Source: Methanomicrobiales archaeon (lineage in GTDB: Archaea; Halobacteriota; Methanomicrobia; Methanomicrobiales; Methanospirillaceae). From it: DNA of 32,576 nucleotides. The first letter of the stretch is position 1; the number at the start of each line of letters is the position of its first letter. Below the pieces are notes generated by a model. That model was not told where the DNA came from. It saw only the letters and a list, made by a program, of their open reading frames with translations, and made no database searches. The DNA lies in the NCBI GenBank assembly GCA_017883495.1, contig JADGNL010000165.1, positions 1-32,576 of the forward strand. Direction: 5' to 3'. Positions 8,914 to 16,438 of the stretch are shown piece after piece. The translations under genes were made by a program, and so were the position numbers.

Positions 8914-9113
8914 TGCTCCTCCGCAATCTGACAGTTCATCAGGTAGTCGTCCATCGTCGCGATGATCGAGCCGCACTCCCGTGCCGCGAGCCGGGCGACG
9001 ACCGCCCCGCCCTCGACCGAGGTCGAGCAGAGCAGGTGGTCGTCGGGGCCGAGCGCGGCGGCCACGCAGGCCGGGTGCACGTGACGGGTCGTGATCACGC
9101 CCTCGCACCTCAT
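8892..9113 (-). CDS. small Cys/His-rich hypothetical protein (73 aa)
   Basis: Its ATG overlaps the stop of the upstream DHH gene (ATGA at 9110-9113) and its stop lies 22 nt inside serS. By hand count about 9 of 10 codons end in G/C. It has 6 Cys and 4 His (CEGVITTRHVHPAC...HLLC...EC...NC...QCSH). No family recognised. Confidence 0.7.
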   Translation of the reverse strand: MRCEGVITTRHVHPACVAAALGPDDHLLCSTSVEGGAVVARLAARECGSIIATMDDYLMNCQIAEEQCSHDSA

Positions 9114-10312
9114 GGGCCGACCGCCTCCGCGAACGCGGCCGCGACCGCCGGGAATGCGTCGGCCGGCACGACCGCGCCGGCCCTGCGGGCGTGCCCGCCG
9201 CCGCTGCCGCCGACCTCGCCGGCGAGCTGCCGGAGCAGCGGGCCGAGGGGGACCGTGCCGTCGCCGCGGGCCGAGAGCCGGACGCCGCCGTCCGTCCCGG
9301 CCGCGACCAGGACCGGCCGGCCGAGCGGCCCGGCGAGCGCGGACGCGACGTCGCTCGCGAGCCGCGGGTCCTCGATCCGGAAGGCGATTGCAGCCTCCTC
9401 GACCGGGACAGCGGCCGCGATGGCCCCGATCACCAGGCGCCGGTGCTCCGCCGCGACCGCACGGGCCTCGGCGGCCGCGCCGGGGGCGCGGAGACAGACC
9501 GACGCGGCGAGCCCGCCTCGGCCGGCCTTGCCGCAGGCGTCGACCACGGCCGCAAGTGTCCGGGCATCACCCACGGCTTCGCGCGGCGTGAGCACCCGGT
9601 CTCCCCAGAGCGACTCGAGCGCGCCCGGCGCCGCCTCCCGGGCCGTGTCGAGCACGACGAGCGAGAGGAGGAGGTCGAGGGCCGGGCCCTCCTCGCCGAG
9701 CGAGGCGCGGAGGAGCTCGCGGACCCGGCCCGCATCCCCGGAGATTCCCGGGAGGTACGGGTCGATCGCGAGCTCGAGCTTCTCGGCGATGGAGTCGCCC
9801 GGGAGTGCGAGGCCGCGTTCGACTTCGAGCACGCCATTCGCGATCCCCTCGTTCAGGAGCTCCGCGTTCTCGGCCTCGAAAGCCTGGCCGTCGCCGATCA
9901 CGCCGGCCGCCGCGAGCCCCGCGAGGTCGCGGCAGTCCGCGAGCCGGTTCGCGACCATGTACGCGAGCGCGGACGTCGCGAGGACGCGTTCGCCGTCGAG
10001 CCCGTCGAGGTGGGGGTTCAGCACGGGGCCCTCCCCCATCGCGGCCGGCGCGTGGTGGTCGATGACCGCCACGTGGGCCGGCAGGTCGTCGATGCCGGCG
10101 CCGAGGTCGCAGAGCAGGGTCGGCACCCCGGGCTCGAGGACCGGCATCCGGTCCGCCACCCGGAGGCGGAAGCCGAGGCCCCGCCTCCAGAGCGCGTGAC
10201 AGACGAGCGAGGCCGCCGTGATCCCGTCCGCATCGTGGTGGCCCCAGACCTCCACGTAGGGCTGCTCCCCGAGGAAGCGGGCCATGCGTTCGGCGACGGC
10301 ATCGATCGTCAT
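9110..10312 (-). CDS. DHH-family phosphoesterase, archaeal RecJ/Cdc45-like
   Basis: DHH motifs GHHDADG and VIDHH, and DHHA1 motif GGSGGGHARRAG. It starts 5 nt after the rps15 stop. Confidence 0.85.
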   Translation of the reverse strand: MTIDAVAERMARFLGEQPYVEVWGHHDADGITAASLVCHALWRRGLGFRLRVADRMPVLEPGVPTLLCDLGAGIDDLPAHVAVIDHHAPAAMGEGPVLNPHLDGLDGERVLATSALAYMVANRLADCRDLAGLAAAGVIGDGQAFEAENAELLNEGIANGVLEVERGLALPGDSIAEKLELAIDPYLPGISGDAGRVRELLRASLGEEGPALDLLLSLVVLDTAREAAPGALESLWGDRVLTPREAVGDARTLAAVVDACGKAGRGGLAASVCLRAPGAAAEARAVAAEHRRLVIGAIAAAVPVEEAAIAFRIEDPRLASDVASALAGPLGRPVLVAAGTDGGVRLSARGDGTVPLGPLLRQLAGEVGGSGGGHARRAGAVVPADAFPAVAAAFAEAVGP

Positions 10313-10317
10313 TGTGA

Positions 10318-10776
10318 TTACCGCGAGAGCAGGATCTCGGCCGTCTCGGGCTTGTAGACCCAGCCGGCGGCCAGCCGCTTCGTCCCGACGTAATACTTGA
10401 CGAGGCGGCGGACCTTGGCCTCGGTCAGGTTGAGCTGCCGCTTGTTGTGGACATCGTTTTTGTTCTCAGCGAGATGCTTTCGCATCCCGAGGGCCTTCAC
10501 GATCAGGTTCCGCAGGTCTTCGGGGATCTCGGTCCCGAGGCCGTTCGCCTCGAGGATCTCGACGACCCGTCGTCCCGTCGCGAGTTTCACGTCGGGGACC
10601 GCGTACTGATCGCGGAGGATGGTTCCGATCTCGGCGCTCGACTTCTCCTTCCTGTTGAGGTCGATGACGAGCTGCTCGATCTCGGCCGCGTCGGTCGTTG
10701 ACCACGCGGGCGGGTCGTCCCGGTGGGGCCGGACCGATCCCGACTTGCCTCTCCGTCTCGCATGCATTCTTGCCAT
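10318..10776 (-). CDS. rps15: 30S ribosomal protein S15 (uS15, S15P/S13e)
   Basis: MARMHARRRGKSGSVRP...ILRDQYAVPDVK...HLAENKNDVHNKRQL...RLVKYY. The start at ATG 10776 lies within the longer track ORF. Confidence 0.95.
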   Translation of the reverse strand: MARMHARRRGKSGSVRPHRDDPPAWSTTDAAEIEQLVIDLNRKEKSSAEIGTILRDQYAVPDVKLATGRRVVEILEANGLGTEIPEDLRNLIVKALGMRKHLAENKNDVHNKRQLNLTEAKVRRLVKYYVGTKRLAAGWVYKPETAEILLSR

Positions 10777-10919
10777 AGTTCTACTCCGATACCGATTTGT
10801 CCCGAGAAGAGCAGCGATGAGACGCACGCTCCGTAATCCCAGAGCCCCTGAGGGCCGCACCGCGGGGGCGGCGCGTCGGACTTACCGGTGCTTCGTACAC
10901 ACGTCAGCGACGGTGCCGG

Positions 10920-10929
10920 TTTATATAAT
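10920..10929. promoter_or_regulatory. near-palindromic TATA box TTTATATAAT in the rps15 / lipoprotein divergent spacer
   Basis: Strongest A/T element in the 222-nt spacer. If it drives the rps15 operon, the leader would be about 115-120 nt. Confidence 0.35.
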
Positions 10930-10968
10930 CTCCCGGGCGGTTCTTAAGGCTGCCGACCATGGCCGAAA

Positions 10969-10978
10969 GATTATTATT
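10969..10978 (+). promoter_or_regulatory. TATA-like box GATTATTATT upstream of the lipoprotein gene
   Basis: It lies 21-30 nt upstream of ATG 10999, a spacing expected for a leaderless or very short-leader archaeal mRNA. Confidence 0.4.
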
Positions 10979-10998
10979 CCGGCGGCCTCCCGCTCAGT

Positions 10999-12435
10999 AT
11001 GGTACACTTTCGCACGGTTTCTCTCGCGGCCCTGCTGCTCGCGCTCGTCATGGCGAGCGCCGGGTGCACGTCCTCCTCGAACCAGGGAGGCGGGACCACC
11101 GGCTATGGCCCCCTGCAGACCTACTCGGACCAGGATCACCTCTTCTCGGTGCAGAAACCCCCGACCTGGACCGTCACGGTCGGGGACGATGTTCAGGTGA
11201 AGGCGCCCGCCGACGGGGCCCGGGTCGTCTTCCGCCCGCTCTTTCTCAGCGGGTCGTACCGGGACGCTTCGGCTTCGGCGATCGCCAACTACCTCGTGGG
11301 CCGTGACGCACAGAAGGTCTCGGGCTTCGCCATCACGTCGGTGCGCGAGACGACGGACGGCTCGATGCTCGAGCTCGTGGCGTCCTACGACCGCTCGGGC
11401 ACCCCGATGACCGGGGTCTACACGATCTTCGTGGACTCGCCGTACGCGATGTTCACCGGGTACGAAACGTCGCGCGCGACGTTCTCGAACAACGAACCCC
11501 TGCTGCGATCGATCGCGGGGAGTTTCGATATACTCCAGCCCGCCTCCTCCGGGGGGGCGACGTCCGCCACGATCGGGAGCAGCCTCGGCCCCCTGAGCGA
11601 ACGGCAGCTGGACGGGGGAGTGACGATGAAGATCCCCGCCGGATGGAGCCCGCAGGTCTTCCCGCTCTGCAGCGGCCTGATCGCGGCCGATCCCCGGAAC
11701 ACCCGCGGCGTGGTCTTCCTCAACGGCCTTCACAAGAACCCGGGGGCGACCCTGCCGCCGGGGGTGAGCCCCGAGGACTACCTGACGACCTACCTCCAGC
11801 AGGACTTCTCGACGATCTCGGGCGTGCGCATTCTCTCGTACGAGGACACGGACCTCTCGGCGTTGAATACGGGCTCGGTCACCGCCAAGGCGATGCGGGT
11901 ATCCTTCTCCAACAGCGGCACGCCGACGACGGGGTCGTTCATGGTCGGCACCTCGCAGGCCGGCGGCGGATACTTCACGGCGGTCGAGTACCTCTGGGGA
12001 GTCTACGCTCCGACGTCCGCCTGGGAAGCTGACGCCCCGATCCTCCTGGAGTCCTTCTTCTCGATCGACTATAGCCAGGCGACGATCGCCGGATGCAAGA
12101 ACGTCCTGGCCGCCTCCTGGGGCGGCGGCTCCCGCTCGGGCGGGTCGGGCGGCAGTTCGGGGAGCGATGCGCGCGAGCAGCAGCTCAAGGACTGGTACGC
12201 GAAGCAGGAGAACGAGGACATTTTCATGGAGAAGTTCACGGACTACACCCTCAACCGCGACCGGGTCTACAACCCCGAGACGGACCAGGTCTACACCGTG
12301 GACCAGAACTTCTACCAGTATTACGACACGCACCGGGAGCAGTACAAGCAGCAGAACATGGAGCAGCTGACCGACACCCAGTTCCGGAGCCACGTCGCGC
12401 TCGACGGAAATCTCCACATCGAACCGAACACGTGA
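10999..12435 (+). CDS. secreted lipoprotein of unknown function (two similar domains plus Gly/Ser linker and Tyr/Gln/Asp-rich tail)
   Basis: Signal peptide with lipobox LVMASAGC. There are two ~160-aa segments. Each opens with x-x-x-P-x-x-W (FSVQKPPTWTV; VTMKIPAGWSP) and closes with SF(D/F) (IAGSFDI; LESFFSI). GGGSRSGGSGGSSGS linker. Confidence 0.8.
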   Translation: MVHFRTVSLAALLLALVMASAGCTSSSNQGGGTTGYGPLQTYSDQDHLFSVQKPPTWTVTVGDDVQVKAPADGARVVFRPLFLSGSYRDASASAIANYLVGRDAQKVSGFAITSVRETTDGSMLELVASYDRSGTPMTGVYTIFVDSPYAMFTGYETSRATFSNNEPLLRSIAGSFDILQPASSGGATSATIGSSLGPLSERQLDGGVTMKIPAGWSPQVFPLCSGLIAADPRNTRGVVFLNGLHKNPGATLPPGVSPEDYLTTYLQQDFSTISGVRILSYEDTDLSALNTGSVTAKAMRVSFSNSGTPTTGSFMVGTSQAGGGYFTAVEYLWGVYAPTSAWEADAPILLESFFSIDYSQATIAGCKNVLAASWGGGSRSGGSGGSSGSDAREQQLKDWYAKQENEDIFMEKFTDYTLNRDRVYNPETDQVYTVDQNFYQYYDTHREQYKQQNMEQLTDTQFRSHVALDGNLHIEPNT

Positions 12436-12502
12436 GAAGAGACGGCCGTGCACCACGCATTCAGGGGCGCGGCGTGCGGTGCGTGCAAGCGGCGTCGGGC
12501 GA

Positions 12503-12910
12503 TCAGAGGTCCTTCGGCGGCCGGTGCCGCCCCCGTCTCCGCCGCTTACCCATCGAGAGGATGTCGACGCCGTAGAGCCCTTCCTTGCCCAGGCCGATCA
12601 CCATCTCGTCCGACTTCGAGAGCCGCTCGATGTTGATCTCGTACGACCCGGGCCCGGTGATCCGGATGGTCTCGATCGAGTCGTGAAGCGGGCGGGCGGG
12701 CTCCTCCGGAGCCTCGGGGATCTCGTGCACGTCCTCGGGCGGGGCCCCCTCCACGAGCGCCTCGAGCGGCGTCTCCTCGAGCACGTCGCGGTGCCGCTCC
12801 TCCGCCCGGACGTAGAGGAAGCGCTTGCCGCCGCAGCTCGGGCATCCGTGGAGGACGTCCTGCGAGCCGTCCTCGAACTCGCGCCCGCAGGTCGTGCACT
12901 TGTGCGGCAT
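12503..12910 (-). CDS. zinc-ribbon protein, DUF2072-like (OapC-like)
   Basis: N-terminal CTTCG-x14-CPSCG ribbon, an acidic/Pro linker and a basic tail. The start lies 2 nt after the stop of the DUF2073 gene. Confidence 0.8.
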   Translation of the reverse strand: MPHKCTTCGREFEDGSQDVLHGCPSCGGKRFLYVRAEERHRDVLEETPLEALVEGAPPEDVHEIPEAPEEPARPLHDSIETIRITGPGSYEINIERLSKSDEMVIGLGKEGLYGVDILSMGKRRRRGRHRPPKDL

Positions 12911-12912
12911 GG

Positions 12913-13278
12913 TTACCGGGATGAGACCCAGGCGCTGATAAGGTCTCGCTCCTTGCGAAGCATCTTGAGCTGATTCGCGGGGCCGATCACGGTCAGCCGG
13001 GAGGTCGGCTCGCGGCTCCCGAAGAGGCGGGCGAAGAAGCCGCCGCTCGTCGAGCGGGCGGGGTAGGTCTCCATCTCGATCCCCGAGAAGCCGTCGGGGT
13101 TGATCTCCATCATGGTCATCTCGATCAGCTTGCTCGACTCCTCGGGCGAGAGCCCCTTCTCCAGGACCACGATGTTGCCGGCTATCACCTCGTCGAGGAT
13201 CAGCCGGATCTTCTCCATCGAGGTGAGGCGCTCGAGCCGCTCTTCGGAGATCAGGTCCAGTTGTACTCCCTGAATCAT
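12913..13278 (-). CDS. DUF2073-like protein (OapB-like)
   Basis: 121 aa, MIQGVQLDLISEERLERLTSMEKIRLILDEVIAGNIVVLEKGLSPEE... It sits between the GTPase and the zinc-ribbon gene, as in the conserved archaeal triad. Confidence 0.75.
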   Translation of the reverse strand: MIQGVQLDLISEERLERLTSMEKIRLILDEVIAGNIVVLEKGLSPEESSKLIEMTMMEINPDGFSGIEMETYPARSTSGGFFARLFGSREPTSRLTVIGPANQLKMLRKERDLISAWVSSR

Positions 13279-13285
13279 CGCCGGA

Positions 13286-13930
13286 TCACCCGAAGAACTC
13301 GATCATCTTCTCGTAGAGCTCGTCCACATTCGTCCCCTCGAGGCCGGAGATGGAGATGACGGGATGCTGCGGGAACGCGGACTTGATCCGGCCCGGCGAG
13401 GCGTCGGGAAGGTCGATCTTGTTCGCGACGATCACCACGGGCAGATTCCGCGACTCGATGATCCCGACCATCATGATATTGACCTGGGCGAACGGGTCGA
13501 GGGTCGCGTCGAGCATGTAGATCACACCGTCGATATCCTCGCGGAGCCAGTGCATGGCCTCGGCCACCCCCTCGGTCGCCTCCCGCGCACGCTTGACCGC
13601 GTCCTCCTTCTCGATCCCGTATTCGGTGAACTCGTGGTAGTCGATCTTGGTCGTGACCCCGGGCGTGTCGACGATGTCGATCACGATCGAATCCCCGTGC
13701 GCGTTCGAGATGGTCACGTCCTCTTTTCGCCGGGCGCGCCGGGTCTCGTGGGGGATCTCCGAGACCGGGCCGAGCGCATCCCCGGTCCAGTCGCGGACGA
13801 TCCTGTTCGCGAGCGTGGTCTTGCCCGCGTTCGGCGGACCGTAGATGCCGATTCGCGACCGTCCCTTCTTGAAGAAGGCCCGCAAAAACCGTGAGAACCG
13901 TTTCCGTACCTTTGTCAGGATATTATCCAT
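13286..13930 (-). CDS. small GTP-binding protein (Era/EngB-like P-loop GTPase, OapA-like)
   Basis: G1 GPPNAGKT, G3 DTPG, G4 NKID. ATG 13930 (MDNILTKV) is preferred over the track GTG 13939. Confidence 0.88.
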   Translation of the reverse strand: MDNILTKVRKRFSRFLRAFFKKGRSRIGIYGPPNAGKTTLANRIVRDWTGDALGPVSEIPHETRRARRKEDVTISNAHGDSIVIDIVDTPGVTTKIDYHEFTEYGIEKEDAVKRAREATEGVAEAMHWLREDIDGVIYMLDATLDPFAQVNIMMVGIIESRNLPVVIVANKIDLPDASPGRIKSAFPQHPVISISGLEGTNVDELYEKMIEFFG

Positions 13931-13964
13931 GCAGCACACCGATCGATGATGGTAGAAATGTTAT

Positions 13965-13983
13965 GGCTCATGGATAATGAGCC
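13965..13983. promoter_or_regulatory. perfect inverted repeat GGCTCAT-GGATA-ATGAGCC in the divergent control region
   Basis: 7-bp arms and a 5-nt spacer. It lies 35-53 nt upstream of the GTPase start, next to an ATAACATTT TATA-like element on the minus strand. Confidence 0.35.
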
Positions 13984-14121
13984 CTTTGATAGCCCGCGCC
14001 GGCCATGCCCGACCTGGAGAACCCTTTTATCCGAAGGGGGCCTATTCAGTCTCGTCGGGCCGGAGAACGGCCCGAATTCCCGAAAAGACCGCGCAGAATC
14101 GATCTCGGAAAACTTTAATGA

Positions 14122-14129
14122 ACTATAAT
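14122..14129 (+). promoter_or_regulatory. TATA-like box ACTATAAT upstream of the CBS gene cluster
   Basis: It lies 34-41 nt upstream of ATG 14163. A GGGGGGAAG purine run (Shine-Dalgarno-like) lies ~6-14 nt before the ATG. Confidence 0.35.
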
Positions 14130-14162
14130 GACAGATACGCCAGAACAGGGGGGAAGCACCCG

Positions 14163-14726
14163 ATGAACTCGTCCGACGCCATGCACCTGGAGACCAGGGT
14201 ACAGCTCAAAGAGATGATGCGCCACAACCCGACGACCATCGATTTCAACGCCACGGTCGCCGATGCAGCCCGGGCCATGTGCCGCGCCGACGTCGGCAGC
14301 GTCATCGTGCTCGAGAACAGCCTGCCGATCGGCATCGCGACCGAACAGGACATCAACTGCAAGGTCGTGGCCCACGATCGCCGGCCCGGCGAAGTGCCGG
14401 TCGGCGATATCATGTCCACTCCCCTGATCACGATCGGCGCCGAGAAGTCGGTCTCGGAGGCGGCCTACATGATGGTCCGCCACGGAGTCCGCCGCCTCCC
14501 CGTGGTCGACGAGAATCATCAGGTGATCGGGATCGTGACCGTGCGGGATCTCCTGACTGTTGCGAACGAGATCAACGAGATCATGAACGATCTGATCACG
14601 ATCAACCGGGTCGACGACGGGTACGAGAGCGGAGTCTGCGATCGGTGCGGGCTGATCTCCTCGGATCTCATCCGGACCGACGGTCAGCACCTCTGCTCCA
14701 ACTGCCGCGCCGAGGAGCATCTCTGA
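14163..14726 (+). CDS. CBS-pair protein with C-terminal zinc ribbon
   Basis: Two CBS motifs (LKEMMRHNPTTIDFNATV...SVIVLENSLPIGIATEQDI; VGDIMSTPLITIGAEKSV...RRLPVVDENHQVIGIVTVRDLL) followed by CDRCG-x15-CSNC. An alternative ATG is at 14118. Confidence 0.85.
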   Translation: MNSSDAMHLETRVQLKEMMRHNPTTIDFNATVADAARAMCRADVGSVIVLENSLPIGIATEQDINCKVVAHDRRPGEVPVGDIMSTPLITIGAEKSVSEAAYMMVRHGVRRLPVVDENHQVIGIVTVRDLLTVANEINEIMNDLITINRVDDGYESGVCDRCGLISSDLIRTDGQHLCSNCRAEEHL

Positions 14727-15481
14727 TGAAGTCGGCAGCCGACCTCCTCTGCGAGGTTCCGCTGCTCTCCTCCGACGACCGGGCGACCCGGGCCCGATCG
14801 GTCCTCCGCGACGACCACTTCCGCGAGGCGCTCGTCGTGGACGGACGCGGCGCGCTCGCCGGGTACATCGATATCTCGGACATCCTCCGGGTCGGCGCGA
14901 CCCGATCGAACGTGACCGTGGACGGGTTCGTACGTGAGGCCCCGTCTGTGGGGCCCGACGCGAGCCTGGAGCGGGTTGGCGCGCTGCTGCGCGAGTACCG
15001 GACCGACTCGGTCGCGGTCGCCGGGCCGGACGGGCGCGTGCTCGGCGGGATCCTTCTCGCCGAGGTCTTTCCGATCCTGCTCTCCCGCCACGAGCCCCGG
15101 GGCCTGGTCTCGGAACTGATGTCGACCCGCGTCGTGACGGTCGAGGCGGACGACCCCGTCTCGCGGGTCCAGGCCCTGGTGCAGGAGAGCGGGTTCTCGG
15201 CCTTTCCCGTCCTCAAGCGACGGCAGCTCGTGGGCATGATCTCGCGACGGGACCTGCTCGCCTCGGGCCGGACCCGCCAGGGGACGGACGGGAAGCTCGC
15301 GGTCGAGGCCGTCATGACCACGCCCGCGATCGCGACCGCGCCGGACGCGGCCGTCCGCGATGCGGCCGCCCTGATCTGCCGGCACGATATCAGCCGACTT
15401 CCGGTCGTCGAGAACGGCCGCGTCGTCGGGATCATGGATCGTCACGACGTGCTGCGGGCGCTCGCGCTCGCCGTCGACTGA
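14726..15481 (+). CDS. four-CBS-domain protein (251 aa)
   Basis: The start overlaps the upstream stop (TGATG 14724-14728). Four CBS motifs, e.g. VSELMSTRVVTVEADDPV...FPVLKRRQLVGMISRRDLL and VEAVMTTPAIATAPDAAV...LPVVENGRVVGIMDRHDVL. The upstream part of the track ORF (from 14279) is out-of-gene junk. Confidence 0.88.
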   Translation: MKSAADLLCEVPLLSSDDRATRARSVLRDDHFREALVVDGRGALAGYIDISDILRVGATRSNVTVDGFVREAPSVGPDASLERVGALLREYRTDSVAVAGPDGRVLGGILLAEVFPILLSRHEPRGLVSELMSTRVVTVEADDPVSRVQALVQESGFSAFPVLKRRQLVGMISRRDLLASGRTRQGTDGKLAVEAVMTTPAIATAPDAAVRDAAALICRHDISRLPVVENGRVVGIMDRHDVLRALALAVD

Positions 15482-15490
15482 AGGTGACAC

Positions 15491-16438
15491 ATGCAGGGGA
15501 ACGGATTCAACCACAAGGCATCGGACCGGCTCCTCAAGATGCCGGGCAAGCTCGACCGCGGTTCGGTCGAGTTCGACTCTCGCGTGGCCCCGCACACGGG
15601 CGATATCATGGCGATCGCGACCACGAGGGTCGTCTCTGTCCCGCCGACGATGGCGATCATCGGAGCGGCCCGGACCATGACCGCCTGCGGGTTCCGACGA
15701 TTGCCGGTGACGGACCCCGGCACGCACCGCATGCGCGGGATCATGACCGCGTCCGACATCATCAACCTGCTCGGCGGCGGCGATAAGCAGACCCTGGTCA
15801 CGGTCAAGCACGGGGGCAATCTGCTCGCGGCCGTGAACGAGTCGGTCCGCGAGATCATGAGCGCCCACTACCTCTCGCTCAGGACCACGGAGACGATCGC
15901 CGACGCGCTCGCCCTGATCCTGGAGAAGAAGATCGGGGGGCTGCCGATCGTCGACGCCGACGAGACGCTCCGCGGGATCGTGACCGAGCGAGACGTGCTG
16001 CGCCTGCTCGGAAACGGGGCGAGCACGCTCGCGGTCGAGAACGTGATGTCGACCGCGCTGCGGGTGACCGCCCCCGACGCGACGATCGGGGCCGCGACGC
16101 ACGAGATGGGGCGATGCCGGTTCCGGCGCCTGCCCGTGGTCTCTGAGGACGTTCTCTTCGGGATCATCACGTCGACCGACATCGCCCGATACATGGGGAC
16201 CGGCGAGGTCTTCGACCGGCTCGTGACCGGGAACGTGGCGGAGGTGATGGACCTGCCCGTGCGGACCCTGATGAGGGGAGAGCTGATCACGACCACGCCC
16301 GAGGTCCCGATCACCGCGGCGGCGCGGGTCATGCTCGAGCGCGGAATCGGGGCCCTCCCCGTGATCGAGGACTCGCGCCTGATCGGCCTCGTCACCGAGT
16401 TCGACCTCGTCCGGGCGTTCGCGGAGGCGAGCTGCTGA
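15491..16438 (+). CDS. four-CBS-domain protein (315 aa, ~35-aa N-terminal extension)
   Basis: It lies 9 nt after the previous stop. Four CBS motifs, e.g. VREIMSAHYLSLRTTETI...LPIVDADETLRGIVTERDVL and VRTLMRGELITTTPEVPI...LPVIEDSRLIGLVTEFDLV. Confidence 0.88.
   Translation: MQGNGFNHKASDRLLKMPGKLDRGSVEFDSRVAPHTGDIMAIATTRVVSVPPTMAIIGAARTMTACGFRRLPVTDPGTHRMRGIMTASDIINLLGGGDKQTLVTVKHGGNLLAAVNESVREIMSAHYLSLRTTETIADALALILEKKIGGLPIVDADETLRGIVTERDVLRLLGNGASTLAVENVMSTALRVTAPDATIGAATHEMGRCRFRRLPVVSEDVLFGIITSTDIARYMGTGEVFDRLVTGNVAEVMDLPVRTLMRGELITTTPEVPITAAARVMLERGIGALPVIEDSRLIGLVTEFDLVRAFAEASC

Noticed and set aside
12503-14162. Possibility that the Oap-like triad marks a replication origin in this window.
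   Set aside because: No orc1/cdc6 gene, no repeated ORB-like elements and no extended AT-rich unwinding element are visible. The only spacer (13931-14162) is 232 nt and holds ordinary promoter-like elements. This cannot be supported from the window.
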